Part shown: positions 11,213 through 24,823 of the stretch, in pieces
Layout: every line of letters begins with the position of its first letter
Numbering within the stretch: the stretch's first letter is position 1
Origin: Leidyana gryllorum EB-2025a
Taxonomy: Eukaryota > Protista > Apicomplexa
Direction: 5' to 3'
Assembly (NCBI GenBank): GCA_048772705.1
Contig: JBLWGC010000159.1
Coordinates: 1 to 64,000 of the forward strand
Length of the DNA stretch: 64,000 bases
Notes under the pieces: model-generated
What the model was told of the DNA's origin: nothing
Seen by the model: only the letters and a program-made list of their open reading frames with translations
The model's database searches: none
Position numbers and translations under genes: made by a program

Positions 11213-14200
11213 TCAGTCAAACTGGGACCGCCGGAACTCTTCGTCAACTGCTATCGGTTGCTCGCCGCTCCCACTGGGAGTTCCGAGATCGTTTTCCCCG
11301 CCGAACGCACTCGATGCTGACGAAGATTCCGAGTCGGAAGACGCCCTGTCGTCCATAGCTGAGCCTTGGGCGTATCCTATACACCCGGTTTGAGGTGCAA
11401 ATAGGTCCGTATTCGGGATACGCGAGAACAACTCATGAGTGTGGGGCACGGGCGACCCGAGTGGCTCACTCTGGTCAGATTGCGTGTGTCAGGTACCAGA
11501 TTGGGACACGCGCACTCACCGTTATCTTCATGGTAAACTCTACTTCAGCCACAACCGTGCGGTTCCACCCAGAAGTTGCAGTAAGAATCTCCGCCAGCTG
11601 TAAGTAAAAAGTTGGGTAATCGAGCGGCTTTCGAAGGGTGCTTCATTAATCCAACCACGGAGTATAACAGTGATATACCAAGTCATCACGTATCACGTTT
11701 GACCGACCCCGATGGAAATAACTCACCCATTGATCAGTTTTGCTTCTTGCGATGAGAGCCTCAGCAATCTGGATAACTTGAGGCATGTAGCCAACTTTGT
11801 GACGTAACCTCTTCTGTCTCCGTACATTGACATCGCGCTCCTGTCGGATCTTCTTCGACCGTCTAATGACAGCAAAATGTGCTCAGCGCTCATTGAGGAA
11901 CCTACTTGCAGAGTTTCACAATCTGCGCCAGGAGACGCGAGTCATTAACGAGTCGCTTCAATAAATCCTTGGAGTTCGGTGAAATGACGTCAATGATGAA
12001 GACAATTATCTGTCTGCGGGCGGGAGGGGGGATGAGAGGATTGCCAATGAGCTTTAAAATCTCACTTGACTGAATTGTGCAATAAAGTATTCCACTTGTA
12101 GGCAAAGAATAACTCGACCAAAGCCGGCACCAAACGTGCCCCGACTTCCCGGGTTCTCTGAAGGAGGGTAGGTGGGGTGGCGACGTGAGCCAGAATTGGC
12201 CGCTTACGGGAGTGTCTAGTTGTAAGATTGAGTGAATCAGGGTGACAAAGGACAGACAAAGTCCACCAACACGAGGTTTGTTGCCTTGGGGCAGATCCAC
12301 TCGCTCCAATTTGACATGAACAACGTCCGATTTGGTAGTGGCTGACGATTTCTCCGGCGACAATGCCTCATTGGCGCTTGGTACGGTAGATCCGCTAGTG
12401 GACTCTGGGAGCGGCTCTGGCGGTGATGAACTCGAGGGGGCTGCCGGGCCCCATACCTCCTCTGCCATTCGTTCCCAAGTGGCGGAGGTGGTAGTGTCTA
12501 TACTCTTGGCTGGCACGAAATCAACGTGACTGACTTCGTCCGTAAACATTCTTCGAGGTGTGTCACTATCCATCGGCGAAGTGTCCCCGTTCTTGGGGCT
12601 TTGACTGCTGGAGGGTACAAGAGCTGTTTCACTGGCAGGTGGCTCTGAGGTGGGACTGTTAGAGGTATTCTTGTTGGTGTTGTCACTGCTGTTGTTCCGA
12701 CCTCTTCGTCCCTTGCGGTAGTGTCGGACAGCTCGGACCTGTGGAATTATATACGAGCAGATCAGATCTTGCAGCGCCCCCGATGTGATAAGATTGGTGA
12801 AATCACGCATTGCCATTAGCGTCTTATCAGCCAGCCGGAACCCTTCAGCCGAATCGTTGTGATAAGCTGACTCCGCCTGCTCCTCCTCCTCTTGCTGTGC
12901 GTTGGAGACGGATGACGGCCCGCCGGTACCACCCGAAGCACTCTCGGACCAACCAGTGTTGGTACCTTCATCTTGCCAAGAATGCGGTCGGAGTGCGCCA
13001 CCTGCTGTATCGCCACCACTTTCACCCGACCATTGAGGACTGAGTGAACCCGTCGGACTTGCTGGAGGGCTTTCCCATCCAGTTGCAACCGCGTCCACTG
13101 GCCCGGTATCAATAACACTCAATGGTACGGTCTCCCCGGCTGGGATCAATGGTGGCGAGGGAGGAGGGATGGGTATGTTTGGTTTAACTAATGGGGTGGA
13201 TCTTGGAGGCGAAGGACTTCCGCTAGCATTGTTATCTGCACCTGGAGTCCCTCGAAATCAAGACTGGTAACTCACAGTTATTCATAGCGTCATACTCGGC
13301 CATACTCAAGTGTTCCTCACATTTGGTCAGGATAAGGGACAAAAGATCGCTGCTGGCCCGCGCGATATCCGCGCACTGAAACACCACGCATCAAGTTGTG
13401 CTGTCCCGGAGACACCGCCACTTACGCTAGAATTGAGCCCTCGAAGCAAATACTCGTATGCTTGAGGCGAAAGTAGGCTGCCGAGCAACACATCAAAATC
13501 CTGGATGCCCGGTCCTGACATTATCACGTGGCAGATTACAGACACAATTGTCTCAGTACGCTACAAAAGTTGCGGACACCTTATCCCAATCGCCTATTCT
13601 TACCTCCACCACATCCAAGGGACTTCGATCCCAAGGTTGAGTCTGCCCAATCTGCTCTACTAAGTTCAACAACAATGATGGAGCCTGCGGCAGAGCGTGA
13701 TGAAGTGGCAGCGAGGATATATTACCGAGGGAAGGAAGGTGAGGACTGGAGCACTTGATTGTGTCAGTAGACATTTGACACATTCTGCAATGGCATCACT
13801 ACCCATATGACGCAATAGTTTGTAAGCTAGCGGGTCTTCTGCCGGATTCAGAGGCGTGATAAAAGCGGGCGTGGTCTCTGGTTCCGCGGCTGGGTCACGT
13901 GCTCGTTCGCCAATCAGGTGAAGTGAGTACAGAACGTGATCAGGCGCCTTCAACAACAACATTCCGAGCACATTGGTGAAACGAGTGGCAGCCCTCTCAT
14001 CCAGTGGGGGAGGCAAGTCCAGCAAAGATAAAAGTGTAACCGAAGCAAGCCGATCCTGCAACATCAACCGACCAATTCGAGGTGAGCCAGCACAGACAAT
14101 GTCTTGAGCCACCATGGGTAATTTGACCAAGCGTAAATGATTAATATAGTCGGCCTCAACACGCTCTCCCGGAACGGAAATCAGCTCAGCTAGTCGCACC

Positions 14201-14927
14201 AAGTTGGAGGGCTCCGACAGACATTCCACCAGCTCCGCTTCATCCGAACGCAGTTCCTGCCAATGCAAATTACACATAGACGAAAATCGACAAACTGGAT
14301 TGTATGTGACACGGGGGTCTCGGGAAGACAACGGGGCAGCAAAGTCGGAATTTAGGCGAGCACCAAAGCCGGGGGATAGACGGCGATATGGCAACCACAC
14401 AGACGCTCTACAGATTTCAGGCGACATTAGACAGCGTTGACCGCTGATGAGGTCGGAATTGACAGGAATGGTAAGAGCGATGTGCGTAATACGGGGCCGG
14501 GCGGCGGATTATTGAGAAGGAATACGTCAGATAAGCACCGACACACAACAAACGCGCACGACGAGTGCTTGTCTCCACTTACCGAACCTAACTCGTCAGC
14601 GTCGAGAATCAGCTCGAACAATGTGAAAGGCTTATTCAGATAGGGCTGATGCCACTTGGGCGTTTGATTGGTACCCTGCGGTTGTGAGGCTCGCATCTCT
14701 TTGAAGACTTGCAAAAGGGTCGACAAACGCTGGTCTTGGGGGGACAGAGAATGCTCTTGACCATCGCCTGACACGGCAGATGTTCGGTGTTCCCAGTCGA
14801 GCATCTGGCCCCAGAAGATTCCGTTTTGCTCCTCAAGACCGGGAGGGGGTTGGTCCAAGAACGATGACTCATTTGAATTGTCGTTGAATTCCGGCGCCTC
14901 ACTCATGGTCGGCGGCTCAGAAGTCAT
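11213..14927 (-). CDS. PP6 regulatory subunit / SIT4-associated (SAPS domain) protein, multi-exon
   Basis: FTLFELILDADEL, ELRSDEAELVECL, RAATRFTNVLGMLL, LLRHMGSDAIAECVKCLL, LVELFFAYKWNTLLHNSV and an acidic tail appear in SAPS-family order across consecutive minus-strand ORFs. Confidence 0.8.
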
Positions 14928-15036
14928 TGCAGGCGGATGTGCATCCGTGTTTTGTTTTTACACAGTATGTGTATTTGCTGAAGTCAGTTGCTATTATGTA
15001 TACGAAAAAATGCTAATTCGGCTGCCCAGTTGAGGC

Positions 15037-16479
15037 TCAATGGTGATGCTGCTCGCAGTCGGGGCACAGATATGTAACCGAGAAGATGCAGATGGCCGCT
15101 TCCACATCGCGTTTGGTGCAGGTGTCGTTGTTGTGGTCCAAGAAGTAGCCCAGAGGACAGTACTCCTTCGGCTCAACGACTGAGCGGCAGCGATCGGTAA
15201 TGGGGTCCAAAGTTCCCGAAGGGCAGGTGAGGACTGGACTGGTCTCAGTGGTGGTCTCACACTGGCAGTGAGTGCCGGGGACACGCGGCGGGCAAACCAA
15301 GTTACCGACGGCACAGAAAGTGGTCGGGGTAACAGGGATAGCGCGTTGACACAAGCCGTTGATAAGCGGCACAGGGCACTCAATGATGGGAGTAACGGGG
15401 ATTTGGGACACACAGGCACCGCCATGCTTCTCGCCGTGGTGGCAAACTTTTTCTGCCGGCATGTATTGGACTTTGATCACCTTCTGGGGAGGAGGAGGAG
15501 GCTTCACAACCTTCACCTTAGCGGGCTTGGGCTCTTTCTCCTTGATGATTTTGACCTTCGGGGCCGGAGTGTTCTTCTGAGGAACCATGACAGGGACCTG
15601 GACGTGGATCTTCTGCCACTTCAAAGCCTCGGTGTAAACAACCTTAGGCGGCTTAGTCGGCTTGGTGACGTAGGCCGGCAGCCAAGTAGCCTTGGGCATG
15701 CAGTCCTTGCCTCCCTGGCAGCCACCCTCGCCCTCAAGGCCCTCGTCGGTCTCGAAGACATGCTCCGGCAAGTCAGCCAACAGGTCAAAGTCGGAGTCCT
15801 CCAACTCAACTTCTTCTCTCGAGGCCAAGAATCCTTCACCTTCGACGGCCGACAAGCCGCGGCCTTTGTGCTTGAAAGTAACAACCTCGCGACGGCACTT
15901 CTTGTGCTCTTGAACAGTGTCATGAGGACAAATGTAAGCAGGCTCGGTATACTCGATCTTCACGCAGTGGCCGTTGATACGCTCAGAGTGATCCGGGCAT
16001 CTCTCAACGGGCTGCACCGGCTCATACCGGCTGCAGGTACCATCGGGGTTCTCCGTGGAACCAGTGGGACAGGTTGTCACCGGCTCGGTATAGTGGGACT
16101 CGACACAGACGCCGTTCTGGAGTCTGCCTCTGGGACATGTCGAGACAGGGTTGGAGACACGCACACAACGTGCGGGTCTTCCTGGCAGACCACCTTCAGG
16201 AGTGTACCCGATAGGGCACTCGAAGCGGGCCTTCACGGTGTCGACGAACACGCAGTCCTCTCCGATCAGTTCGTATCCAGGTTTAGGACAAGTGAACACA
16301 GGATCGGAAATGTTGTAGGCCCGAGCCACAGCGACTTCCTTGCCGGCCTTCGACTTCTCATACTTCTCATATTTCTCATGCTTAAAGCCAACCCCGTTGG
16401 GCGCAAACAATTCAGAGTACGACCCAGATGGGGGGCCTGCAAGAGCGAGAGCGGGAAGGATACAGGCCAAGTAACGCAT
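15037..16479 (-). CDS. Oocyst wall protein (COWP/TgOWP-like), secreted and cysteine-repeat
   Basis: Signal peptide MRYLACILPALALA; repeated CPxG(Y/T)...C modules with Cys every 10-12 residues; His-rich end; intronless. Confidence 0.85.
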   Translation of the reverse strand: MRYLACILPALALAGPPSGSYSELFAPNGVGFKHEKYEKYEKSKAGKEVAVARAYNISDPVFTCPKPGYELIGEDCVFVDTVKARFECPIGYTPEGGLPGRPARCVRVSNPVSTCPRGRLQNGVCVESHYTEPVTTCPTGSTENPDGTCSRYEPVQPVERCPDHSERINGHCVKIEYTEPAYICPHDTVQEHKKCRREVVTFKHKGRGLSAVEGEGFLASREEVELEDSDFDLLADLPEHVFETDEGLEGEGGCQGGKDCMPKATWLPAYVTKPTKPPKVVYTEALKWQKIHVQVPVMVPQKNTPAPKVKIIKEKEPKPAKVKVVKPPPPPQKVIKVQYMPAEKVCHHGEKHGGACVSQIPVTPIIECPVPLINGLCQRAIPVTPTTFCAVGNLVCPPRVPGTHCQCETTTETSPVLTCPSGTLDPITDRCRSVVEPKEYCPLGYFLDHNNDTCTKRDVEAAICIFSVTYLCPDCEQHHH

Positions 16480-17348
16480 TATTTGTGCGATCAGTGCCGT
16501 GCGAGAAAGACGTCGCTGGTTTGTCCTGCAGATACGTACATTTTCCCAGAAAACAGGAGTTGGGAATACAAACATGACTCAACTGACAGCAACACTTTCG
16601 TCACTAGTCCACTGACGGGCCAGACTGTACACTGGACCCCACGGACTCGGTTCTTTCAATACATGTATGTAGCTTTAGCAATAAGGGGACGGAGGGATCG
16701 GGGAGCTGGCTGCCAGCCACAGCGAGCTGGTAAACTTTAGTCAACATAGGAGGGTGAGGGGGAAGAGAAGTGGCGGGGAACAAAATAACCCCACCTCCTC
16801 ACAAAACAAGCTATTTGTTGGTGGCGAAGGCTGCGTTTAGTCGGCCCCGCACATTCGAGATGGTCTCAGGTATGTCACTGATCGTGACGCGTTTTGTGCA
16901 TTTCGCATGGTCCGCTGGCGCTGGAGGAGGCTCAGTAGGTCCTGGATCTTGATGAGGATGCCAGCAACCTAACAACCAGTGGACGAAGCACTGATGACAA
17001 TTCTCGCACAAGATGGGCTGGAACCATGGGGGAAAGTCCCTAAAACATCGTTCCACACGCCTCCGAACGCTCGCTCGAACTTGTCTGCACAAGTCGCAGA
17101 TAATGTCGTGCACGAGACAGATCAGGAATATGTTGATCTCGATCCATGCCCGGATGATTCTGAACGATAACACGATCGGGAAACAGCAGCACGCCAACAT
17201 CGCAGATATCCGGGACGCCTCAGGAAAAGCTCATGGGTGGTCCGACCCACCACTGCCATTGCCCGACTACGATACGTCGTCGATACCCGCCTGTCATCCT
17301 CAAAAAAAGTTAGCCCTTTCTGTTAACAACTGCACCTGCGTGACAGAA

Positions 17349-17765
17349 ATGAGTGGTCAAGCGTCTACTGCTGCTGAACTGGTCAATAGACTAATCAAAG
17401 ACCACACCGTTATGATTTTCTCCAAAAGGTAATACCCGCTCAACAGTCTGGAGATGATTACGATCGTAGCTACTGCCCGTATTGCATCAAGGCCATCAAT
17501 GCAATTTCTTCGCTAACAAAAGCCTATGTAAGCCTTTTCAGACCATTGCTGTGTCTATTGTGTGTTGCAGAATGTTCTGCAAATCGAGAATCGCAGTGAT
17601 TGCCAAGCTATCCAAGATGAACTTCGCAAGATCACGGGAGGGTCAACAGTTCCCCGAGTTTTCGTCGGCGGAAAATTCATCGGAGGAGGCGATGAAACGG
17701 CTGCCATGGCACGCTCAGGTAGCCTCAAGCAGTTGCTGCAAGAACATAAGGTTCCATTGCTTTGA
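17349..17765 (+). CDS. Dithiol glutaredoxin, 2 introns
   Basis: Spliced VMIFSKS-YCPYC, TVPRVFVGGKFIGGGD. Confidence 0.93.
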
Positions 17766-17864
17766 ATGAATCTATTGACTGTCGACAAACAACGACGTAA
17801 TGTTGAGATCGAAAATGTGTTTGTTATGTGTGTGTCTCCGCTCTGATGTGCGCAGAACACCCCT

Positions 17865-19769
17865 ATGGCCCGCAACATTCGAACCAACCTCTACTCACAA
17901 ACTGTGGAAGCGCCCTTTGTCTTCGGGGCAGACTCCCGCTCATTGCAGGATCGCGAGAAGGAGCCTTTTGTTGCTACACCAGATCTCCTCGCACCGAGTG
18001 CGAGCTATCGCATCTCCGACGATTCACAGCACCGGCACGTACAGCTGCTTATATACCTCGTCGGCTTCAGCGGTAGGACCAATTTTGGAGTTTCCCTTGT
18101 TTCACAGCCTTCGAAGAGGGACTGACTCACCTGGCAGCATTGGCGATATACTATCTGGTGAAAGATGATTTGGGCCTCGGTCCCAGTGGGACCTCTGCCC
18201 TGTTTATCATTCCTTCAATTCCTTGGTTCCTGAAACCAGGTTTAGGTACGAGGCCGATGGGTGCCTTCCAATACCACCTTCTTCAGCATTCCTGAGCGAT
18301 ACCTGCCCGTTGTTTGGATCCCGACGGAAAGCTTATCTTATCATCTTCTCACTGATAGAGGCAGCTGGCTACATTCTTCTAGCAGAATGGCCCAGCAGCA
18401 TGATTTCCGTCCCCTTAGCTCTCTTCACAATCGCGTTTGGGGCGGCTTTCTGCTCCGCAATTTCAGAAGCTTTGGTCGTTGAGGCCAGCAATCTGCCCCA
18501 ACTGTTACCGGAGGAGTCTGCTGATGCGGCTCGGATTTCTGTTTCGGAATTGATTGGAGCGAAAGCTGTTGGCTCTTTGGTGGTGGCCTATCTATCAGGA
18601 GCCTTGTTGGAAGTGAGTTGAATCACCAAATCTGAAGGTTCATCGCCTCTGTGCAGCTGTTCTCCAAGAGGTTAATATTCCGAGTGACCGCTGTGTTCCC
18701 AGCACTCATCACGTTAGGAGCGATATTCCTAAAGGAGCACGATGGACCGCCTGTTGTGTCCGTGCCTGAGCAGATCAACATCTTGAAGGCCTTCTTGCGC
18801 CAACGTGTAATTTGGGGTCCAGCACTCTTCATATTACTCTTCATGTGAGTGAAGCCACTGAGATGGTGGTTACTCATGAATTGCAGGGGGGGCCCGGACT
18901 ACGACGATGCGCTGTTCTACTTTTACACTAATATTCTGGGATTCTCACCCTCCTTCATGGGTAGTCTGCGCTTCACCTACGGAATGGCCGCGCTCCTTGG
19001 CATACTGATATACAATACTTTCCTCAAGAATTCCGGATATCGTCAAGTTCTGGTTTGGACAATTCTTGCGGCTCTTCCGATCTACTTATGTAAGTACGGT
19101 GCTGTGCTCCTTGCGTCATGAGATTCTCAGCACCCCTCTTACTTGTGACTGGAAGGAACAGAGAATTGGGTATCTCCGACGAGGTCTTTGTCCTTAGCGG
19201 TGGCTTCCTGTTGGAAGCGGTCGCCGAACTCCAACTCCTGCCCCTACTAGTATTTACGGCAGTTATCTGCCCCCCGGGGTTGGAGGGGAGTGTCTACAGC
19301 ATCATGATGTCGATCCGGAACCTTGGAAGTGCTCTCGGAAAGATGAGCAGTGCCATTGCCATCCGAGGTAAGAGCTCATCCCACAGCCTAATACGACCCT
19401 TGTTTCAGTACTAGGAATCACAGCCTTCGATTTCCATCGGGTGCCAATGTTGATCTGGATTTGCGGTGGCTTTACGTTGTTACCCCTGCTGACGGTGAAC
19501 TTGGTGAGACTGTGCATCAGAAGTCTAGTGTATAATCCCTTCAGATTCCGACGAAGAGCGAACTAGAGTACATCAAATTAGAGAACCGGAAGGCCAAGGA
19601 TGCCGGCGAACCGCCGCCTATGATTGCGCAGAGTTTATCTGCAGGTTCCAATGAGGACATGGTGCGCATAGGATGGAAAGGCCTGTTGCGCAAGTTGGGA
19701 GCCGATGCCACGGACAGTTCCCAGACCAGCCATCCTCACAGTCAAGAACAACTGGCTAGGACTGACTGA
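17865..19769 (+). CDS. BT1-family folate/biopterin transporter (MFS), multi-exon
   Basis: FLSDTCPLFGSRRKAYL, SEALVVE, IWGPALFILLF, DALFYFYTNILGF, GRNRELGISD, ICPPGLEGSVYSIMMS. Confidence 0.92.
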
Positions 19770-19798
19770 TTTCTTTTTTTTCGGTGTCACAAGGAGAC

Positions 19799-20119
19799 AT
19801 GGGGAAGCGTGTCCAGCGTTATTACGAGCGGTCAGACGCAGTTGAGATGACGAAGACCTGTGAGGCCGAACCTCTTCCTACATTGACGATGGACGTTCCC
19901 CCTGTTGACCAGCCACCGCCAGTTTCCGAGTCCAAAACCCCAGTCACTTTGCCTCCGATAAAACGGGTCGGGAAGAAGGTTTTCATGAAAGAAGTGGAGA
20001 CAGCGGACGGCCGCAAAGTTATGAGACGAAAGACCAAAACACGCAGTAGGCAGAAGAATATCAAGAAAGACACTCGTGGCATATTGCCTCCAGCCGCAAA
20101 GGCGAACCCAGTGCCTTAG
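19799..20119 (+). CDS. Small basic protein (TRSRQKNIKKDTR motif)
   Basis: Open ORF between two genes, with a Lys/Arg-rich C-terminus; family not recognised. Confidence 0.55.
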   Translation: MGKRVQRYYERSDAVEMTKTCEAEPLPTLTMDVPPVDQPPPVSESKTPVTLPPIKRVGKKVFMKEVETADGRKVMRRKTKTRSRQKNIKKDTRGILPPAAKANPVP

Positions 20120-20140
20120 GCAAGAGGGCATGCATCAAAA

Positions 20141-20428
20141 ATGGAAATTTTGAACAATTCCGAGGAGAAGATTGGGATGGCTGCCACGGGCAGTGCATTA
20201 TGTGGCTGCGGCGCAATAGAGGCCCTAATCGGCGGATGGATAGACCGGCTCCAGCTCGCCCGTCCCAATGAGCAGGACAAGAGGAGTGAGGATCTGGCTA
20301 AATTCGTGGCGAGAGCTCGGAGGGACGAGGAAGCCAAGTTGTGTGGTGTTGACGAGGAGGTATGGGAGCGAAGATATGTGCAATCGCTGAGGGAGAAGAC
20401 GAAGACATTGACTGGTCTGGAGCTATGA
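20141..20428 (+). CDS. Hypothetical protein
   Basis: ATG-initiated 95-aa ORF 21 nt after the previous stop; helical, charged composition. Confidence 0.4.
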   Translation: MEILNNSEEKIGMAATGSALCGCGAIEALIGGWIDRLQLARPNEQDKRSEDLAKFVARARRDEEAKLCGVDEEVWERRYVQSLREKTKTLTGLEL

Positions 20429-20586
20429 CATTATCCTGGAGTGGTATGGTTCGTGTGCCTACAGTTGCAAGACCAGTGAAAGCTGCCATTTATGTACGGT
20501 TGGCGCGGAGCCCGACTCGTCAAGTCGGTATCCGCTGCACACACGCATATGACTCTGTAGATAGAGAGGCCGTAGTTAGACGCCAG

Positions 20587-22378
20587 CTATGAATCTACAT
20601 TGGCCTGAGACAGCCATTGCATGAAGTGGCGAAATACATATCCATTATCCAAGTCATTCACTAATGTGTGAGTGACGTCAATTGGAGTGACATCGAAGTA
20701 TACATCCCCCTCTACCCCTTCCAAATTTAGCTGATGGCTGTGATCGTAATTAAAGATTATGCATCGAAGGCTGAGACCTGGCTGTTGGACAAGAGCCTTG
20801 TAGACCTCGAAAGTGCCCCACCATGGGCAGTGTTGTGAGTCTTTATAATTATGCATTAGCAGTAGCTTAGTCGTGCCTCTTGTATGCTGCATGTCACGCC
20901 ACATAACTTTGATGGCTTCGACAGTACTTGCTACCATCTGTGTGGATGTCCGTGTCTGTGTGTGTTAACTCAGCCTACCTTGGCGGTGAAAGGACCTCGA
21001 TACAAGTATGGGTCTTTTGCTCCGACACGATAGGACCAGGGAGGCAGGGATGGGTGTTCCCGAAGGGGGAGAATGGGGGCATTTGGAAGGGCGCGACTGA
21101 GGATCAATCGGTTTACTTCCGCCAAGATTTTGAACGGGAGGCGTTGAAGAGCAGGCGTTTCAACAAACATTCCTGCAATAATGGCCACAGAGTCAATGTT
21201 GAGGTTGTTGGTAGTGTTGCGCTGCAGCAAGCGCATGACAACATTTCCACTGAATGAGACTCCAACGAGGCACAGTGGTGTACCTGAGGAGAAAGAGCAG
21301 ATGCTGTAAGGGGAGCGGCGGGAGCTTACTGGGAAATCTTCCACGAACAACAGTTTGAATAAAGTAGTGTAGATCATCAACATAATGCTCATAGGTATCG
21401 ACTGTACATTTACGGCCGTTATTCCCTGCGGACAAGCCGTGGCCCCGCATATCGAGGGCAAAAACGCCGGCGCCAGATTCACAGAGCGCCTGGATCCAGC
21501 TTTCCGAGTAGAAAACATTATTAGCTCGATCATCGCTATGTAGGTCGGCTATCCTCCGTTGTTCGGTTTGTCTCAAAGAAGCGCGAAGTAATTTGAGTCG
21601 CCAGCTGGGATCCTCAACAAAATTGGAGGGAGCATTGATTCGGGAAATAGGTGTTACGGTTGAGGATGTTTCATCATAGAAGGCGTCAGCAAGAGGTGTG
21701 ACGGAATCTATAGGAGAATACAGTGCAGGCGGCGCCTCTTCAGATGTGGGCTTCTTGACGAGCCAGGTGAGTCTGGCATGGGAGCGAACTCCATGCAATA
21801 CAACGAGGATGGTGGAAGGTTGGATATTTGGATGGCCAGTGGGCGGCCAATAATAGCCTTGCAGACGCATATTGTCTCGAGAAAACTCAATGTGTTCAGG
21901 GTTGCCGTCAAAGGGTAAGTCAGCATCACTAGAGGTGTCGGGAAGTTGGGGCGAAGAACCACTCGTTCTCTTTACTCCATGCTGCGCACAGAATGGTAGT
22001 TGCGAGTGATTCGAGTTTGTCTGGAGAGGCTCGGACAATTGGGGGGTCGCTACCGGCTCTTCGAGCATATCGTTGTATCCTCCTGGTACAAGACGAAGTT
22101 GATGCTCGGCGCTCCGAATATTCGACAAAAGAGTTCGCAGAGGTGCTTAATTCGCTAACACTGTGTCGATCCCTTTCAGGTTTTCTTGTGTCTTGAGATG
22201 TCGGTTCGGGCAGGTATTGCGATATACTCTCCTCACTAGCGGACGCAGAGAATGAGAAAAGTTGCTCGTTGGGGCAGCACAGATCCTCCTCACTGATACA
22301 TCGATAGGTAATGACTCGTTCCTTTGTCGGGATGGTATTGGGTGTTCTTACAGCTGGTGTTGTGGTTCCACCTGCCAA
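20587..22378 (-). CDS. Alpha/beta hydrolase (lysophospholipase / PST-A-like), multi-exon; 5' end uncertain
   Basis: LVVLHGVRSH, VFALDMRGHGLS, YVDDLHYFI, nucleophile elbow LVGVSFSGN, LLLMHNYKD, HTLVND. Confidence 0.8.
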
Positions 22379-22460
22379 TATCTTTTGTGTGACATATCAA
22401 CAGGCCACCGTGTGGATCACTCACTCATCGTCATGCAGCCATGCAGCACTCTCTCTCTCT

Positions 22461-24753
22461 CTAAATATTAGAATACAGCTGCTCAATAACGTCTTTGTAC
22501 TTCTTCGCAATCAAGTGCCTTTTAAGCTTGTAGGTCGGGGTGAGGAGGTCATTCTCCACCGAGAACTGCTCGGCCTCGAGATAGAAGCCTTTGATTCGCT
22601 CAAAGCCCTTCAAGCCGAGTGCTGTTTCCCTTTCTACCAGCTGATCTTTAACTATCGACCGCAAAGATGGCGCTGCCATCAACTCCTCCGGCGGCATTGA
22701 CATCAATTCCGAGCGAAGCTTGTCATCCTGAACACTGTCAATCCATTTGGACACCTCCTCGTCATCCGTGCAGATAATCGCCACCAACGCCGTGCGCGAG
22801 CTGTCACCGTACACATACACCTGCGCAACCAACGGGGCTTGAGCGTACACACTTTCAATCCGTTCTGCTGCCACGTATTCGCCCTGAGCTAGCTTAAACA
22901 TGTTCTTCTTTCGGTCAATGATCTTTATGCGGCCGCCCTCAGACATCCGCACAATGATATCCCCCGTTCTGAACCAGCCATCTTCTGTAAAGGCCTCCTC
23001 TGTCGCCTCGGGTCGTAAGAAGTACCCAGGCATCACTTGCGGCCCCCTAAGTAACATCTCACCCATTGGGGGTTCAGCCGTCGCGTCGTAACCCATTTCG
23101 GGAACAGATTCAATTACCAACTCTGCAAAATCAATACCATTGATGAAAAGCCCTCAACTCAAAACACACTTACCACATGAGGGTAGAGGAGAGCCTACGT
23201 GTCCGTAGATGGGGTCACACACCTTCCGAATGAACGTAGCTCCCAAAGTCTCAGTCAACCCATAACCTTCCAAGAACGGACAACAGAACAACACAGACAT
23301 ACGTTCTTGGACTGACAGTTCCAGTGCAGCTCCGCCTGACAGCATGTATCGCAGTCGACCTCCCATCAAGGCTTTTATCTTGCTGAAGACCAGTGTATCC
23401 CAAACTCGATGTGTTACATCCCCAGTCTTCCGTAGACTGTCAATCTTAGTTTCAAGCGCAACATTAAACAGGTAGCTGAGGCACTTGAAATCTGGAAAAC
23501 AAACTCAGCGCTTACCGGGCTACCGCGGAGTTATCATTCACTCCTGCATTGATTTTATCATTAATCCTCATGAACAGTCGCGGAACGGAAGCAAAAATGG
23601 TGGGCTTAGCCACCTTGATGTCATCCAGCAGAGTCTTAGCTTCGCCAGAGTAGATGGCAACTTTGGCACCCTGTTAATGTCAAGTTTTACCCATTCCCTC
23701 CCGAGCTAACGCTCAAACTTACGTGTATGAACATCAACAACACAAGAGCTCTTTCCAAAACATGCGCCAACGGGAGATACGACATGTAAGTGTCCTGGTG
23801 GTCAATTACGAGCCGGGTCTCGGTAAATGGTCCGCGTAGAGCCCCGCACACTGTGGCCGCAAATGCTCCATGAGTCAGCAAAGCCCCCTTGGGAAATCCT
23901 GTAGTACCCGAGGTAAAACAGATCGTGCCCACATCTTCTCTTTTCGGGAGTCTTAGAGGCACAATTCCTTTTGTTTTGCCTTGATTTGTCAAGTCGAGCC
24001 AATAATGAAGCTGTAGCGCACACACAATCAATCGATTGCAGAGACAGCCGAACGTACCTCAATGTTGACCTTTTTTGCACGCTCTCGGTCTGCTTCGTCG
24101 GGCTCATCGAAACAAATGACAGATGTGACACAGTGATCGCCAGCGTCACGTTCCAAGAGTTTCATGATGGCACCAAAACTCTCGGCTGTTGCAGCGATGG
24201 ATGTCATTTTCGTTACTTTGATCATGTATGCCATTGCGTCCTCTCCCAGTGTGTCGTACAGCGGAACGAGCGTAAAGCTATAAGCATTAGCAGCTTGCTC
24301 GAGTGCGAACCACTCGAGTCTGTTTTTGCTGCATATACCCAGGCAACTCAGGGACTTCGCTTGTGGATAGCGCTCTTCGGTGAAAGACTGCTCGCGTACG
24401 AGATCGTTATAGATGATACCGGACCCGAGCATTTGCGATATTGCCTCTACCTCACCATAAGTCCACCACTCATAGTCTCCGAAAGTTACGGTGCCTTTTT
24501 CCTCTATCTTCTTACGGCGACCAAGACAGGGCCGAGTCCGTGCCAGACGGCACCCGCGTTGGAAGATATCATAGCCGTTGTCAATGCCACCCTCTACAAG
24601 CGAGCTGACAAGCTCACTAGGGTGCGTCGCGGATCGATAAACTGCACTACGATTGGGGTGTAGTGGGTCTGGGGCCTTCGAGTCGTCGGCATGAAGTGGT
24701 GCGGTATAGATAAGGTCCGAAACCTCCTCAGCGTTGGAGAAGGCGTTCCCCAT
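22461..24753 (-). CDS. Long-chain fatty acyl-CoA synthetase, multi-exon, possible N-myristoylation (MGNAFS)
   Basis: TICFTSGTTGFPKG, SYLPLAHVLER, EGYGLTE, GWFRTGD, IIDRKKNMFKLAQGEYVA, LLTPTYKLKR. Confidence 0.95.
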
Positions 24754-24823
24754 AAGCGAAAAAAATGGTAAACTACTTATCAGATCCGCATGAGGCTGGT
24801 AAGGTGCAGCAAAGGAGTGCGCG

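Noticed and set aside
15268-16740. 490-aa plus-strand ORF
   Set aside because: Antisense shadow of the oocyst-wall gene; the same applies to plus-strand ORFs over acs (43080-44807) and eutE.
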